Made by a program: the position numbers and the translations under genes. Of a DNA stretch of 64,000 nt, positions 37,507 to 44,868 are shown one piece after another. A model generated the notes under the pieces. That model was not told where the DNA came from. It saw only the letters and a list, made by a program, of their open reading frames with translations, and searched no databases. Position 1 is the first letter of the stretch, and the number at the start of each line of letters is the position of its first letter. This stretch comes from Novosphingopyxis sp. (GTDB lineage: Bacteria > Pseudomonadota > Alphaproteobacteria > Sphingomonadales > Sphingomonadaceae): assembly GCF_965218915.1 (NCBI RefSeq), contig NZ_OZ244711.1:8529-72528 (forward strand), written 5' to 3'.

Positions 37507-39120
37507 TCAAGCGGTGATGCGGGCGGCGATATGATCGGCGACACGCAACGCGTTTGCGATGATGGTGAGCGTCGGATTGACCGCCCCAACCGACGGAAAG
37601 AAGCTCCCGTCGGTGACGTAGAGGTTGTCGAGTTCATGGGTCTTGCACCATCGATCCAAGACCGAAGTGATCGGGTCATCGCCGAATCGTATCGTCCCGG
37701 CCTGATGCGTTGTCGCGTCGTAACCAAAGGCGCGCCCGACGAACAGCGTGCGATCAAGAAGGTGAGTGGTCATGCCGAAGCCACTGACCTTATTCTGCAT
37801 CTTTTGGCGGAACAGTTTGTGCGCTTTCAGGTTCGTCTCGAACAAGTCAAGCCTCACGCCCCCATCCTTGTAGTAAATCCGGTTCTCCGGCTTCGGCAGA
37901 TCCTCCGAGAAGCACTCGAACGAGACGCAGTGATCGGCCATGACGTCAAACGGTGCTTCGGGCAGCCATTGCAAAAGATTGGGCAGGCCTTGGCCCCGGA
38001 TCATCACGCCATCCAGCTTGCCGAATAGCTGAAAGTTGCCAAGCGGAAACGGAAAGTCGTCGTCGCGATCCGGGTTGCCCAGGTAGTAGTCGTTCATCCC
38101 CATCGTTTTCTGATGGCGCGTCGGATTGGGTGTTCGGGAAATCCCCAGCACCAGGGTGATGTTCTGACGAAGGTAGTTGCGCCCGACCTGGCCCGACGCG
38201 TTCGCGAGACCGTTCGGATGGATGTCGCTGGTCGAGCGCAGCAACAGCAGCGCCGAGAGGAGTGCGCCGCAGGCAACGACGACGATGTCAGCGCGTGCCT
38301 CGAACGGCTCACCATCCTTGGTCCCGACCACGCCGGTGACGACCCGCCCGGTCGCATCGGTTACGAGCCGGTCGATGTCGGTGTTCGTCGACAACGTCAG
38401 GTTGGGCCAGTCGCGCAGCGCCGGGTCGACGCATATGACCTGCGCGTCGGCTTTCCCGTTGGTCGGGCATGGGAAGCCGTTGGTGAGTCCGCACTTGATG
38501 CAAGGTGAGCCAGGGGCCGCGTGGCCATGCTCGTCTTCGGTCAGGAGCACACCGGTCGGTAGATGGAAGGGATGCAGGCCTTCGCGAGAGAGACTGTCCG
38601 CGAGTTCCGCGATGTGCGGCTCATGGGAGACTGGCGGATAGGGGTATGGTGTGGTGGTCCACGGCTCCGTCGGGTCCTCCCCTCGCTGGCCGTGAACGTG
38701 ATAGAGGCCCTCGGCCTTCTGGTAGTAGGGCTCGAACTCGTCATATCCGACAGGCCAGGCTGGAGAGACCCCGTCGGGGTAGCGAATTTCGCTGAAATCC
38801 TGTTCGCGCAAGCGGAACAGCACACTTCCAAAGAACTTGCTGTTGCCACCCACGTAGGAATACATCAATGGCTGGACCTTGCTTCCGTCCTGGGCGGTCC
38901 ACGTTCGTTCGGCGACGTAATGGCCGTTGACGAAACGTTCACTTGCCCAGTTCTCCGGCTCTCTCTTTAGGTAGCATCCTCGTTCGATGAGCAAGATGCG
39001 CTTGCCGGTCTGCGCGAGCCGCCAAGCCATCCCTGCTCCGCCGGGTCCGGAGCCGACAATGATGATGTCATATCGTTCGCCGCCCATAGCCGCTCCTCTG
39101 ATGACGACGCTGGCAATCAA
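37507..39120 (-). CDS. GMC-family FAD-dependent oxidoreductase
   Basis: YDIIIVGSGPGGAGMAWRLAQTGKRILLIERG dinucleotide fold. C-terminal GTIRFGDDP...LYVTDGSFFPSVGAVNPTLTIIANALRVA. The likely start is the internal ATG at 39087. Confidence 0.85.
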   Translation of the reverse strand: MIASVVIRGAAMGGERYDIIIVGSGPGGAGMAWRLAQTGKRILLIERGCYLKREPENWASERFVNGHYVAERTWTAQDGSKVQPLMYSYVGGNSKFFGSVLFRLREQDFSEIRYPDGVSPAWPVGYDEFEPYYQKAEGLYHVHGQRGEDPTEPWTTTPYPYPPVSHEPHIAELADSLSREGLHPFHLPTGVLLTEDEHGHAAPGSPCIKCGLTNGFPCPTNGKADAQVICVDPALRDWPNLTLSTNTDIDRLVTDATGRVVTGVVGTKDGEPFEARADIVVVACGALLSALLLLRSTSDIHPNGLANASGQVGRNYLRQNITLVLGISRTPNPTRHQKTMGMNDYYLGNPDRDDDFPFPLGNFQLFGKLDGVMIRGQGLPNLLQWLPEAPFDVMADHCVSFECFSEDLPKPENRIYYKDGGVRLDLFETNLKAHKLFRQKMQNKVSGFGMTTHLLDRTLFVGRAFGYDATTHQAGTIRFGDDPITSVLDRWCKTHELDNLYVTDGSFFPSVGAVNPTLTIIANALRVADHIAARITA

Positions 39121-39267
39121 CGTCTGAATGCGACCAGTCCTTCACGCCTCGCCGGGTAAGCCGAGCTGGTCTGGTCGACATTCAATCTGAACAGGTAAGC
39201 TGCTGCGGAGTGCAGCGTCTTATGCAAATAGCACACAGCTTTTGATTTCTGGCCGTTACCGGTCGAG

Positions 39268-39474
39268 CCTCCTCATGGCCTGATCTGGCCGCAGGACGGC
39301 TGACGCCTCGATCGCCTCTGCCGCAATGGCGACCGGGTGGCTATTTTGCGCCGGCGCGAGTGCCGTTGCATCGCGAACCAAAATAGCCGCTCGGCCGCCA
39401 TCCTTCCGCTCCGCTTCGGCCTGCAAGCGCAGGTGCGTCGTCGATCGCCATCAGAGGCCGCGATGGGCGCGGTC
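39268..39474 (+). repeat. structured intergenic element, copy B (truncated at both ends)
   Basis: Contains the invariant box (39280-39314) and stem arms 39328-39347 / 39380-39399. Lacks the 5' leader and the RBS/ATG end. An internal direct-repeat deletion has removed TGCGGCCTG..GATCGCC. Confidence 0.65.
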
Positions 39475-39568
39475 ACCACCTGGAGCACTACGTGGCCGGC
39501 CTCGCACCCGCCCCATAAGCTGCAGCCGGCGTCTTGCTCGCTTTGCGTAACATGCTCATCATCCCGCC

Positions 39569-39905
39569 ATGCCGCACGTCATCGTCGAGTATTCCGCCAA
39601 TCTCGAGCCTGACCTGTGCCCGACGCGTCTGGTGCAGGCGCTTCCATCGAACCGCGCTGGACACTGGGGTATTCCCGATTGGGGGATTGCGGACGCGCGC
39701 GGAGCGACGTGACGTGTTCGTTGTCGCCGACGGGAACCCGGATAACGCATTCGTCGCCGTCCTAGCCCGCATCGGCGAAGGCCGCGAACCGTCGACCCGG
39801 CTCGCGGTCGCGCGCGCGCTGATGGCGACGCTGGAGGCCGAGACGGCCGCAGCCTTCGCGTCCCGCGGGCTCGGGCTGACCGTCGAGGTGCAGGAGATCG
39901 AGCGG
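39569..39905 (+). pseudogene. 5-carboxymethyl-2-hydroxymuconate isomerase-family gene with a +1 frameshift and a replaced 3' end
   Basis: MPHVIVEYSANLEPDL..RLVQAL (frame of ATG 39569) continues as HRTALDTGVFPIGGLRTRAERRDVFVVADGNPDNAFVAVLARIGEGR... in the frame of ORF 39534-40028. There is an extra base near 39643-39646, and family similarity ends about 39905. Confidence 0.55.
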
Positions 39906-40101
39906 GCAGAAGGTGGAGATGTATTCGAGGAGGCGTCCGAACGGGAACATCATCCGCTCGGTACTATCATCCTGCCGGACTTGACCGTTCACCCGGGTGG
40001 TGACGTGGAAGATGACGGCAATTGGTGATTCTGCTCCTAGCGGTATGCCGTAGCCGTGCTGATTAACGCCTTGGCGTGCCGTATGGGCTGACATGACCCC
40101 A

Positions 40102-40227
40102 CATGACCGGCAGATAGTTGTTCTGGAGCGGGCAGATTGGATGACCTGGCTCGAGCTGTCGCGGCCGGAAGCAGAACTGCTGCAACCCTTGCCCGCGGGC
40201 AGCCTGCATGTCGAACAGGTGCGGTAA
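40102..40227 (+). pseudogene. 3' fragment (last 41 codons) of a second, diverged SRAP peptidase gene
   Basis: HDRQIVVLERADWMTWLELSRPEAELLQPLPAGSLHVEQVR* aligns with the end of 8838-9416 (HDRQMVVLERADWLAWLELSRPEAELLKPLPAGSLHVEQVR*). DNA identity is roughly 80% by eye. Confidence 0.7.
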
Positions 40228-40524
40228 GCCGACACGGGGTCACCAAGCCCTCCCCTGCCGGTCAGGACACGCCCACGCTGCCTCCTCATGGCCTGATCTG
40301 GCCGCAGGACGGCTGACGCCTCGATCGACTTTGCCGCAATGGCGGCCGGGCAACTTTCTTCCCCTGCGCTGGCGCGCATTCCTCGCGATCCAAGAAAGCC
40401 GCCCGGCCGCCATCCTCCGCTCTGCTTCGGCCCACAAGCGGGTGCGTCGTCGATCGCCTGCGGCCTGCAGATCGCCATCGGAGGCCGCGATGGGCGCGGT
40501 CCCGAGACAACAGGAGAGAGCACC
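40228..40524 (+). repeat. structured intergenic element, copy C (most complete; reference copy)
   Basis: Invariant box 40293-40327, stem 40341-40360 / 40392-40411, second hairpin GCGGCCT/AGGCCGC, and RBS CAGGAGAGAGCACC before ATG 40525. Confidence 0.7.
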
Positions 40525-40836
40525 ATGGCGACCATCGGCACCTTCACCCGCACCAACGGCAGCTTCACCGGCGCGGTCAAGACCCTCAGCATTAACGCCA
40601 AGACCACGATCAAGCCCGCCGACAAGGCCAACGATCGCGCGCCCGACTACCGCATCCTCACGGGGTCTGCCGTGGAGTTCGGGGCCGCCTGGAAAAAGAC
40701 CTCCGGCGAGGGTCGCGAGTATCTCTCGGTCAAGCTCGACGACCCCAGCTTCCCCGCCCCGATCTACGCCACCTTGGTCGAAGCAGACGAAGCCGGCACG
40801 TTCAACCTGATCTGGTCCCGCCGCAACGGCGACTGA
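40525..40836 (+). CDS. DUF736 domain-containing protein
   Basis: 103 aa. [44 protein letters not shown]...[22 protein letters not shown] fits the DUF736 family. Start set at the ATG behind a good RBS. Confidence 0.85.
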   Translation: MATIGTFTRTNGSFTGAVKTLSINAKTTIKPADKANDRAPDYRILTGSAVEFGAAWKKTSGEGREYLSVKLDDPSFPAPIYATLVEADEAGTFNLIWSRRNGD

Positions 40837-40843
40837 CCCGGCG

Positions 40844-40874
40844 CCGCCTCGCATCGAAAGTGCGAGGCGGTTCT
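40844..40874 (+). terminator. hairpin after DUF736 gene 1 (weak T-tract)
   Basis: CCGCCTCGCA-TCGAAAG-TGCGAGGCGG followed by TTCT. Confidence 0.4.
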
Positions 40875-41089
40875 CCTCAGGCGCTAAAATCTTCTCGTTG
40901 AGAGTCTTACGAATATCTCCGCCCCAAGTCAGCAGCATTCCAAAACACCGCCGCGATGACCGGAGGATCGCTTACCTCGTAAGCGAACCAGTAACGCCCC
41001 TCCTTGAGCCAGGCGCGTCCGGGACGCGCGACCTCGCGATAGGTCGGTGAGCTCTCGGACCTGCTGGCGGGCTGTTGCTGAAAGACGGA

Positions 41090-42091
41090 TCAACAGCCCG
41101 GCGCGTTGACGGCCGGCGTTTCCGGCTCGGCGTTCATCTCGGCCTCGAGCTCCGCGAGTTGCACATGCAACTCGTCGAGCACCTCGTCCGCCGACACCGT
41201 ACGGTTATGCGCGATATCGTCGTCCGCTTGTGCGAGAGCATCGATCCACTCGGCTGGCCCTTGACTCTGGTCGCGTTCCATCTCCCCAGTATACGACGCT
41301 ATCGGCGGAAGTTCCATCGTGATGGGCTCCGTCGGCTGCGCCTGACTGACTTGGACCTTCCCACTTCGCGCCAGCTCCAGCCCGGCGACGAGTGTGCTGG
41401 CCAGCGCGGCGCGGCAACGCAATGCCCGCTCCGGCCCGTCAGTTGAACCGGGCGGCAAGAACAGCGCGATCTCTCCAGTGACTCCTTCCGATAGCAGGCG
41501 CGTGATCCGCGCTGAGGCATCCGCCACGCGCCAGAGCGGCGCCCGGGCCGGCGTGTAGAATTCCGTGAGGTCCGGCACCCGAAGCACGACCAGGCAGGCC
41601 CGGAACAGGTCCGCCACATCGGCCACTCGCGCCGTTCGGCTCGCTTCGGGCACGCCGCGCGCGAACGCGTCGCGCCCGAGCTGCACACGCCCGCCCAGCC
41701 ACTCAGCCACACGTCGCATCGCAACGCGTTCCAGCATGCGGCGGCGCAGCGCCTCCGCCTCTTCGCGCGCCGACCGGGCCTCGGCCGCATCCGGCGGCAG
41801 CAGCAGGCGCGACCGCAACAGCGCGAGCTGCGCTGCCATGCCGAGCCACTCGCCCCAGCGCGACAGATCCGCCCGCTCGCGCGCTGCCAGCCCCGCCTGC
41901 AGCGCCGCCGCGAATGTGTCGACGAGCTGTAGGATAGAGAGCTGGCGCAAGTCGACCCGTCCGGCGCGCGCTAGCTCGAGCAGCCAATCGAGCGGACCCT
42001 CGAATCCGGACGCGGCCAGTACCGGCGGGCCACTTGATATTGCGTGCCGCGGTGGGTCCTCCCAGGCCGGATCTGGACCGGTCTGCATCAC
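41090..42091 (-). CDS. ScpA-like kleisin (segregation and condensation protein A family) with an extra acidic C-terminal tail
   Basis: FEGPLDWLLELARAGRVDLRQLSILQLVDTF...EWLGMAAQLALLRSRLLLPP matches the ScpA N-terminal signature (FEGPLDLLL...EYL.MAA.L...KSR.LLP). About 65 additional C-terminal residues include DDDIAHNRTVSADEVLDEL. ATGA overlap with the upstream ORF. Confidence 0.6.
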   Translation of the reverse strand: MMQTGPDPAWEDPPRHAISSGPPVLAASGFEGPLDWLLELARAGRVDLRQLSILQLVDTFAAALQAGLAARERADLSRWGEWLGMAAQLALLRSRLLLPPDAAEARSAREEAEALRRRMLERVAMRRVAEWLGGRVQLGRDAFARGVPEASRTARVADVADLFRACLVVLRVPDLTEFYTPARAPLWRVADASARITRLLSEGVTGEIALFLPPGSTDGPERALRCRAALASTLVAGLELARSGKVQVSQAQPTEPITMELPPIASYTGEMERDQSQGPAEWIDALAQADDDIAHNRTVSADEVLDELHVQLAELEAEMNAEPETPAVNAPGC

Positions 42092-42657
42092 GGAAGATCA
42101 TAGACCGGGCGCACGTCGAACCGCAGCCCCGGCCAGGCCTCGCGCACCGTGGCGATCGCTCGCCATGGCGTCCAATCTGCTGCCCAGAAGCTGACCCGCA
42201 AGGCGTCCGCCTCCTCGGCCGGGCGCAACGCCACATGCCGCAGCGCCGCCGTCGTGCCCCAGTGCGTCCATAGCCAGGCGAGCGCCTCCGGATCATCGGA
42301 GTCAAGACGCAGCAAGTTGCCCGGCACCGGCACCAGCGCATGCAGGTCGAACGGACAAGCCCGGCTGCATCCGACCTGCGCCACCGCTCGCGCATGTCGC
42401 CGCCCGACCGCGTCGCGCAACTCGCCGGCCAGCAGCCGCGCTCCCTCGAGCGATAGACTGCGCTGCGGCGAAGCCGCCAGACGCAGGAACGCGTCCTCTT
42501 CCACCCTGTCGAGATTCAGCGTCCAGGGGATCACCCCTGCCCCGGCGGCAGCATCTCGGAACGCGGTGAGCGGCGCCGAGGGCCCGGTCACCGTCAGATG
42601 GTGGTACAACCAATCCGTGTGCGCTGGTACGAGCGTTTGGACGGCGGCGGCCGTCAC
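42088..42657 (-). CDS. hypothetical protein (possible Api92/DUF1281-like ferredoxin-fold protein)
   Basis: 189 aa from GTG 42657, which overlaps the recombinase stop as GTGA. WTHWGTTAALRHV...VSFWAADWTPW resembles the WGT...W..P signature of that family. Low certainty. Confidence 0.45.
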   Translation of the reverse strand: MTAAAVQTLVPAHTDWLYHHLTVTGPSAPLTAFRDAAAGAGVIPWTLNLDRVEEDAFLRLAASPQRSLSLEGARLLAGELRDAVGRRHARAVAQVGCSRACPFDLHALVPVPGNLLRLDSDDPEALAWLWTHWGTTAALRHVALRPAEEADALRVSFWAADWTPWRAIATVREAWPGLRFDVRPVYDLP

Positions 42658-43367
42658 GGTCCCCGGCGCGCCAGAATTAACCGGATGGCATCGGTGCCGA
42701 GCGCTTGCGGCTCGACCGTGCCCCAGCGCGTTACCTTGCGGAACACCGGTCCGTATCTGGTCCCCGATGATCGGAGCCACTCCTCGAGCGCTCGCCCGGG
42801 GCACAGATCGTGCCGTGGATTGCGCGGCACGGCGGCCGGGTTGTCGCCTAACAGTCGCACGCCGCTCTCATGAAAACGAAGCCACTCCGCCTGAAGACCG
42901 ACGATCGGGCCACGCGACAGACCATGGGCCAGCAGCAACAACAGCGCTCGGTCGCGCAAGCCGGCCAGATCGCGCGGGCACCGTTGCGCCATGGCCATCA
43001 GGGTCGACGTACAGAGCGGCTGCGCCCGCCTGGCTCGCCCGGCGATCGCCCGGGCCTGCTTCAAGGCAAACCGAACGACCGGATCGCCGCCCGGCGGGGG
43101 GAAACCAAGTTGCCGATGACGCTGATCGATAGCCGCCAGGCGGCGCTGAAGCACCGCCCGTCCTGATGGCTCCCGCTGCAGGAAGAGCGCGACCAAGTCG
43201 GACGTGGCTGGCAGCGCGGGCTCGCCGCTTTCGGCGCAGAACCGGGCAAAGCGCGCCCAATCTCCCGCATAAAGCCGAACCGTCTCCGCCGCATGCTCGC
43301 ACTGAACCGTGCCGGGTCGCGGGCCAGGATCGTTATCGTCCGTGGCCGCCGCCGCCCATTCCCGCAT
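42654..43367 (-). CDS. tyrosine recombinase-like protein lacking the C-terminal catalytic half (truncated integrase)
   Basis: SAM-like N-domain (RLYAGDWARFARFCAESGEPALPATSDLVALFLQ), box I (LAGLRDRALLLLLAHGLSR) and PGRALEEWL...YGPVFRKVTRWGTV. It stops before the expected HxLRxG...Y region. Confidence 0.6.
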   Translation of the reverse strand: MREWAAAATDDNDPGPRPGTVQCEHAAETVRLYAGDWARFARFCAESGEPALPATSDLVALFLQREPSGRAVLQRRLAAIDQRHRQLGFPPPGGDPVVRFALKQARAIAGRARRAQPLCTSTLMAMAQRCPRDLAGLRDRALLLLLAHGLSRGPIVGLQAEWLRFHESGVRLLGDNPAAVPRNPRHDLCPGRALEEWLRSSGTRYGPVFRKVTRWGTVEPQALGTDAIRLILARRGP

Positions 43368-43480
43368 GCCGCCTACCCTGCTGAGAAAGCCCCCGAAAAT
43401 CTGGCACTAAGCCGGGATTAAGGCAAGTCGACTAAGGCGTGGTAATGAAAGTAGGCGATGCGGCATGATTCCGGTATGTG

Positions 43481-43494
43481 AGAACATTTGTTCT
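43481..43494. promoter_or_regulatory. perfect 14-bp palindrome AGAACATTTGTTCT (GAAC-N4-GTTC core) upstream of the serine recombinase gene
   Basis: Read directly. It sits in an AT-richer spacer 143 bp upstream of ATG 43637. The core has the form of a Cheo-type LexA box. Confidence 0.3.
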
Positions 43495-43636
43495 GGCGCG
43501 CGTCGCCAGCCCGCCGAACTCCTTGGCGCCGACATTCCGAGCTTCTCAATCCGACCTATCGGCCACCTCTGCAAACGGTCGTTTCCACACGCATCCTTCA
43601 ATTGTAAAACAGCACCGCTGAGCAGGATCGAACGGC

Positions 43637-44587
43637 ATGGCGCCCGCAAGAACGGCCAAACTCCCCTCCCCCGGCCGACTAATCGGCTACGCGCGCGTCT
43701 CTACCGAGGACCAAGATACCGATCCTCAGCTTGACGAACTCCGGGCTATCGGCTGCAGCACCGTGCTTGAGGAACACGCCTCCGGCGCGGACCGCAGCCG
43801 GCCCATGCTGGCCCGTTTGCTTCGCGAAATCCAACCTGGCGAGACCCTGGTTGTGGTCCGGCTCGACCGCCTGGCCCGCTCGGTCAGCCATCTACTCGCG
43901 GTGATCGAGCAGTTGGAGGGGAGCGGCGCCCATTTCCGCAGCCTGCGCGATCCGATCGACACCACGACGCCGCAAGGTATGTTCTCGCTCCAGGTGCTCG
44001 GCGCCGTGGCCCAGCTCGAGCGGGCGCTGATTGCCGAACGCACTAAGGCCGGGCTGAGCGCCGCCCGCAGCCGGGGCCGAGTTGGCGGTAATCCCGGGCT
44101 GCGGGCCGGTGACCCGGACGCGATCCGCAAGCTGCGGGCGAGGCGCGACGCCGGATACCTGGCCGACGTGCTAGCTGGGCTTGATGCCTGGCTGCCGACG
44201 ATACGCCGTATGCGCCCCAACCAGCCTTGGGGCGACGTCGTGCGGGTTCTCAATCACGACTACGACAGTACCTGGACGGTGGAGCGGCTCCGGCGAACCG
44301 TGCGCCGGCTCGTGACGGAGGGTATCATCGAGGCAACGTTGCTCGAGCGCTCGCGCCGTCAAAACGGTGACGACCGTCTTGTCAGGCTCATTGCGAACAT
44401 TGCGGCCGCTGCGCCGGACCGCACCCTGCAGCAGATCGCCACCCAACTCGAGGCGATGCGAGAACGTACGCCACGTGGTGGCACGCGCTGGCATCCCTCC
44501 TCTGTCAAGCACCTGCTCGCTCGGGCGCAACGGCTTGGGCTAGCGAGCATCACTCCCACGCAAGTCCGGACTAATCTCTGGCGATAG
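43637..44587 (+). CDS. serine recombinase (resolvase/invertase N-domain plus extended C-terminal recombinase-like domain)
   Basis: LIGYARVSTEDQDTDPQLDEL..., VVVRLDRLARS, GAVAQLERALIAERTKAG. The C-terminal part includes TPRGGTRWHPSSVKHLL. Confidence 0.85.
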   Translation: MAPARTAKLPSPGRLIGYARVSTEDQDTDPQLDELRAIGCSTVLEEHASGADRSRPMLARLLREIQPGETLVVVRLDRLARSVSHLLAVIEQLEGSGAHFRSLRDPIDTTTPQGMFSLQVLGAVAQLERALIAERTKAGLSAARSRGRVGGNPGLRAGDPDAIRKLRARRDAGYLADVLAGLDAWLPTIRRMRPNQPWGDVVRVLNHDYDSTWTVERLRRTVRRLVTEGIIEATLLERSRRQNGDDRLVRLIANIAAAAPDRTLQQIATQLEAMRERTPRGGTRWHPSSVKHLLARAQRLGLASITPTQVRTNLWR

Positions 44588-44868
44588 GCGCGGGCAGAGG
44601 AAGCACCAGCGTATCCCGGCGTGCCACGCCTCCGTTAATCGAACGGCTAGACAGAATGCGAGGTGTGGATGACAGCACCGCTCCCAGGCGCACTCTCGTT
44701 GCAGCCCCGCTGGCGGACGGTCTGCTCAGCGTCGTAGCGGGAGGCGAGAAGCAGGATCCGCCGGAGCCGGCTCGCGCTGCACCCGCATTGCTGCTTTGGG
44801 ATGGACCGCACCCGCACGCACCTGCCGGTCACAATGCCTCTCTCGTCGCGATACTCCCCTGTCCTTCC

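Noticed and set aside
39273-39488. Recurrent minus-strand ORFs inside the structured element (also 9446-9709, 40286-40510 and 44726-44998), all ending ..RQRRSRRQPSCGQIRP.
   Set aside because: The conservation is at the nucleotide level, including an invariant 35-mer with no synonymous-site pattern. The upstream parts of the ORFs are unrelated and shifted by indels, and the stem shows base-pair covariation. A coding interpretation is therefore much less likely than a structural one.
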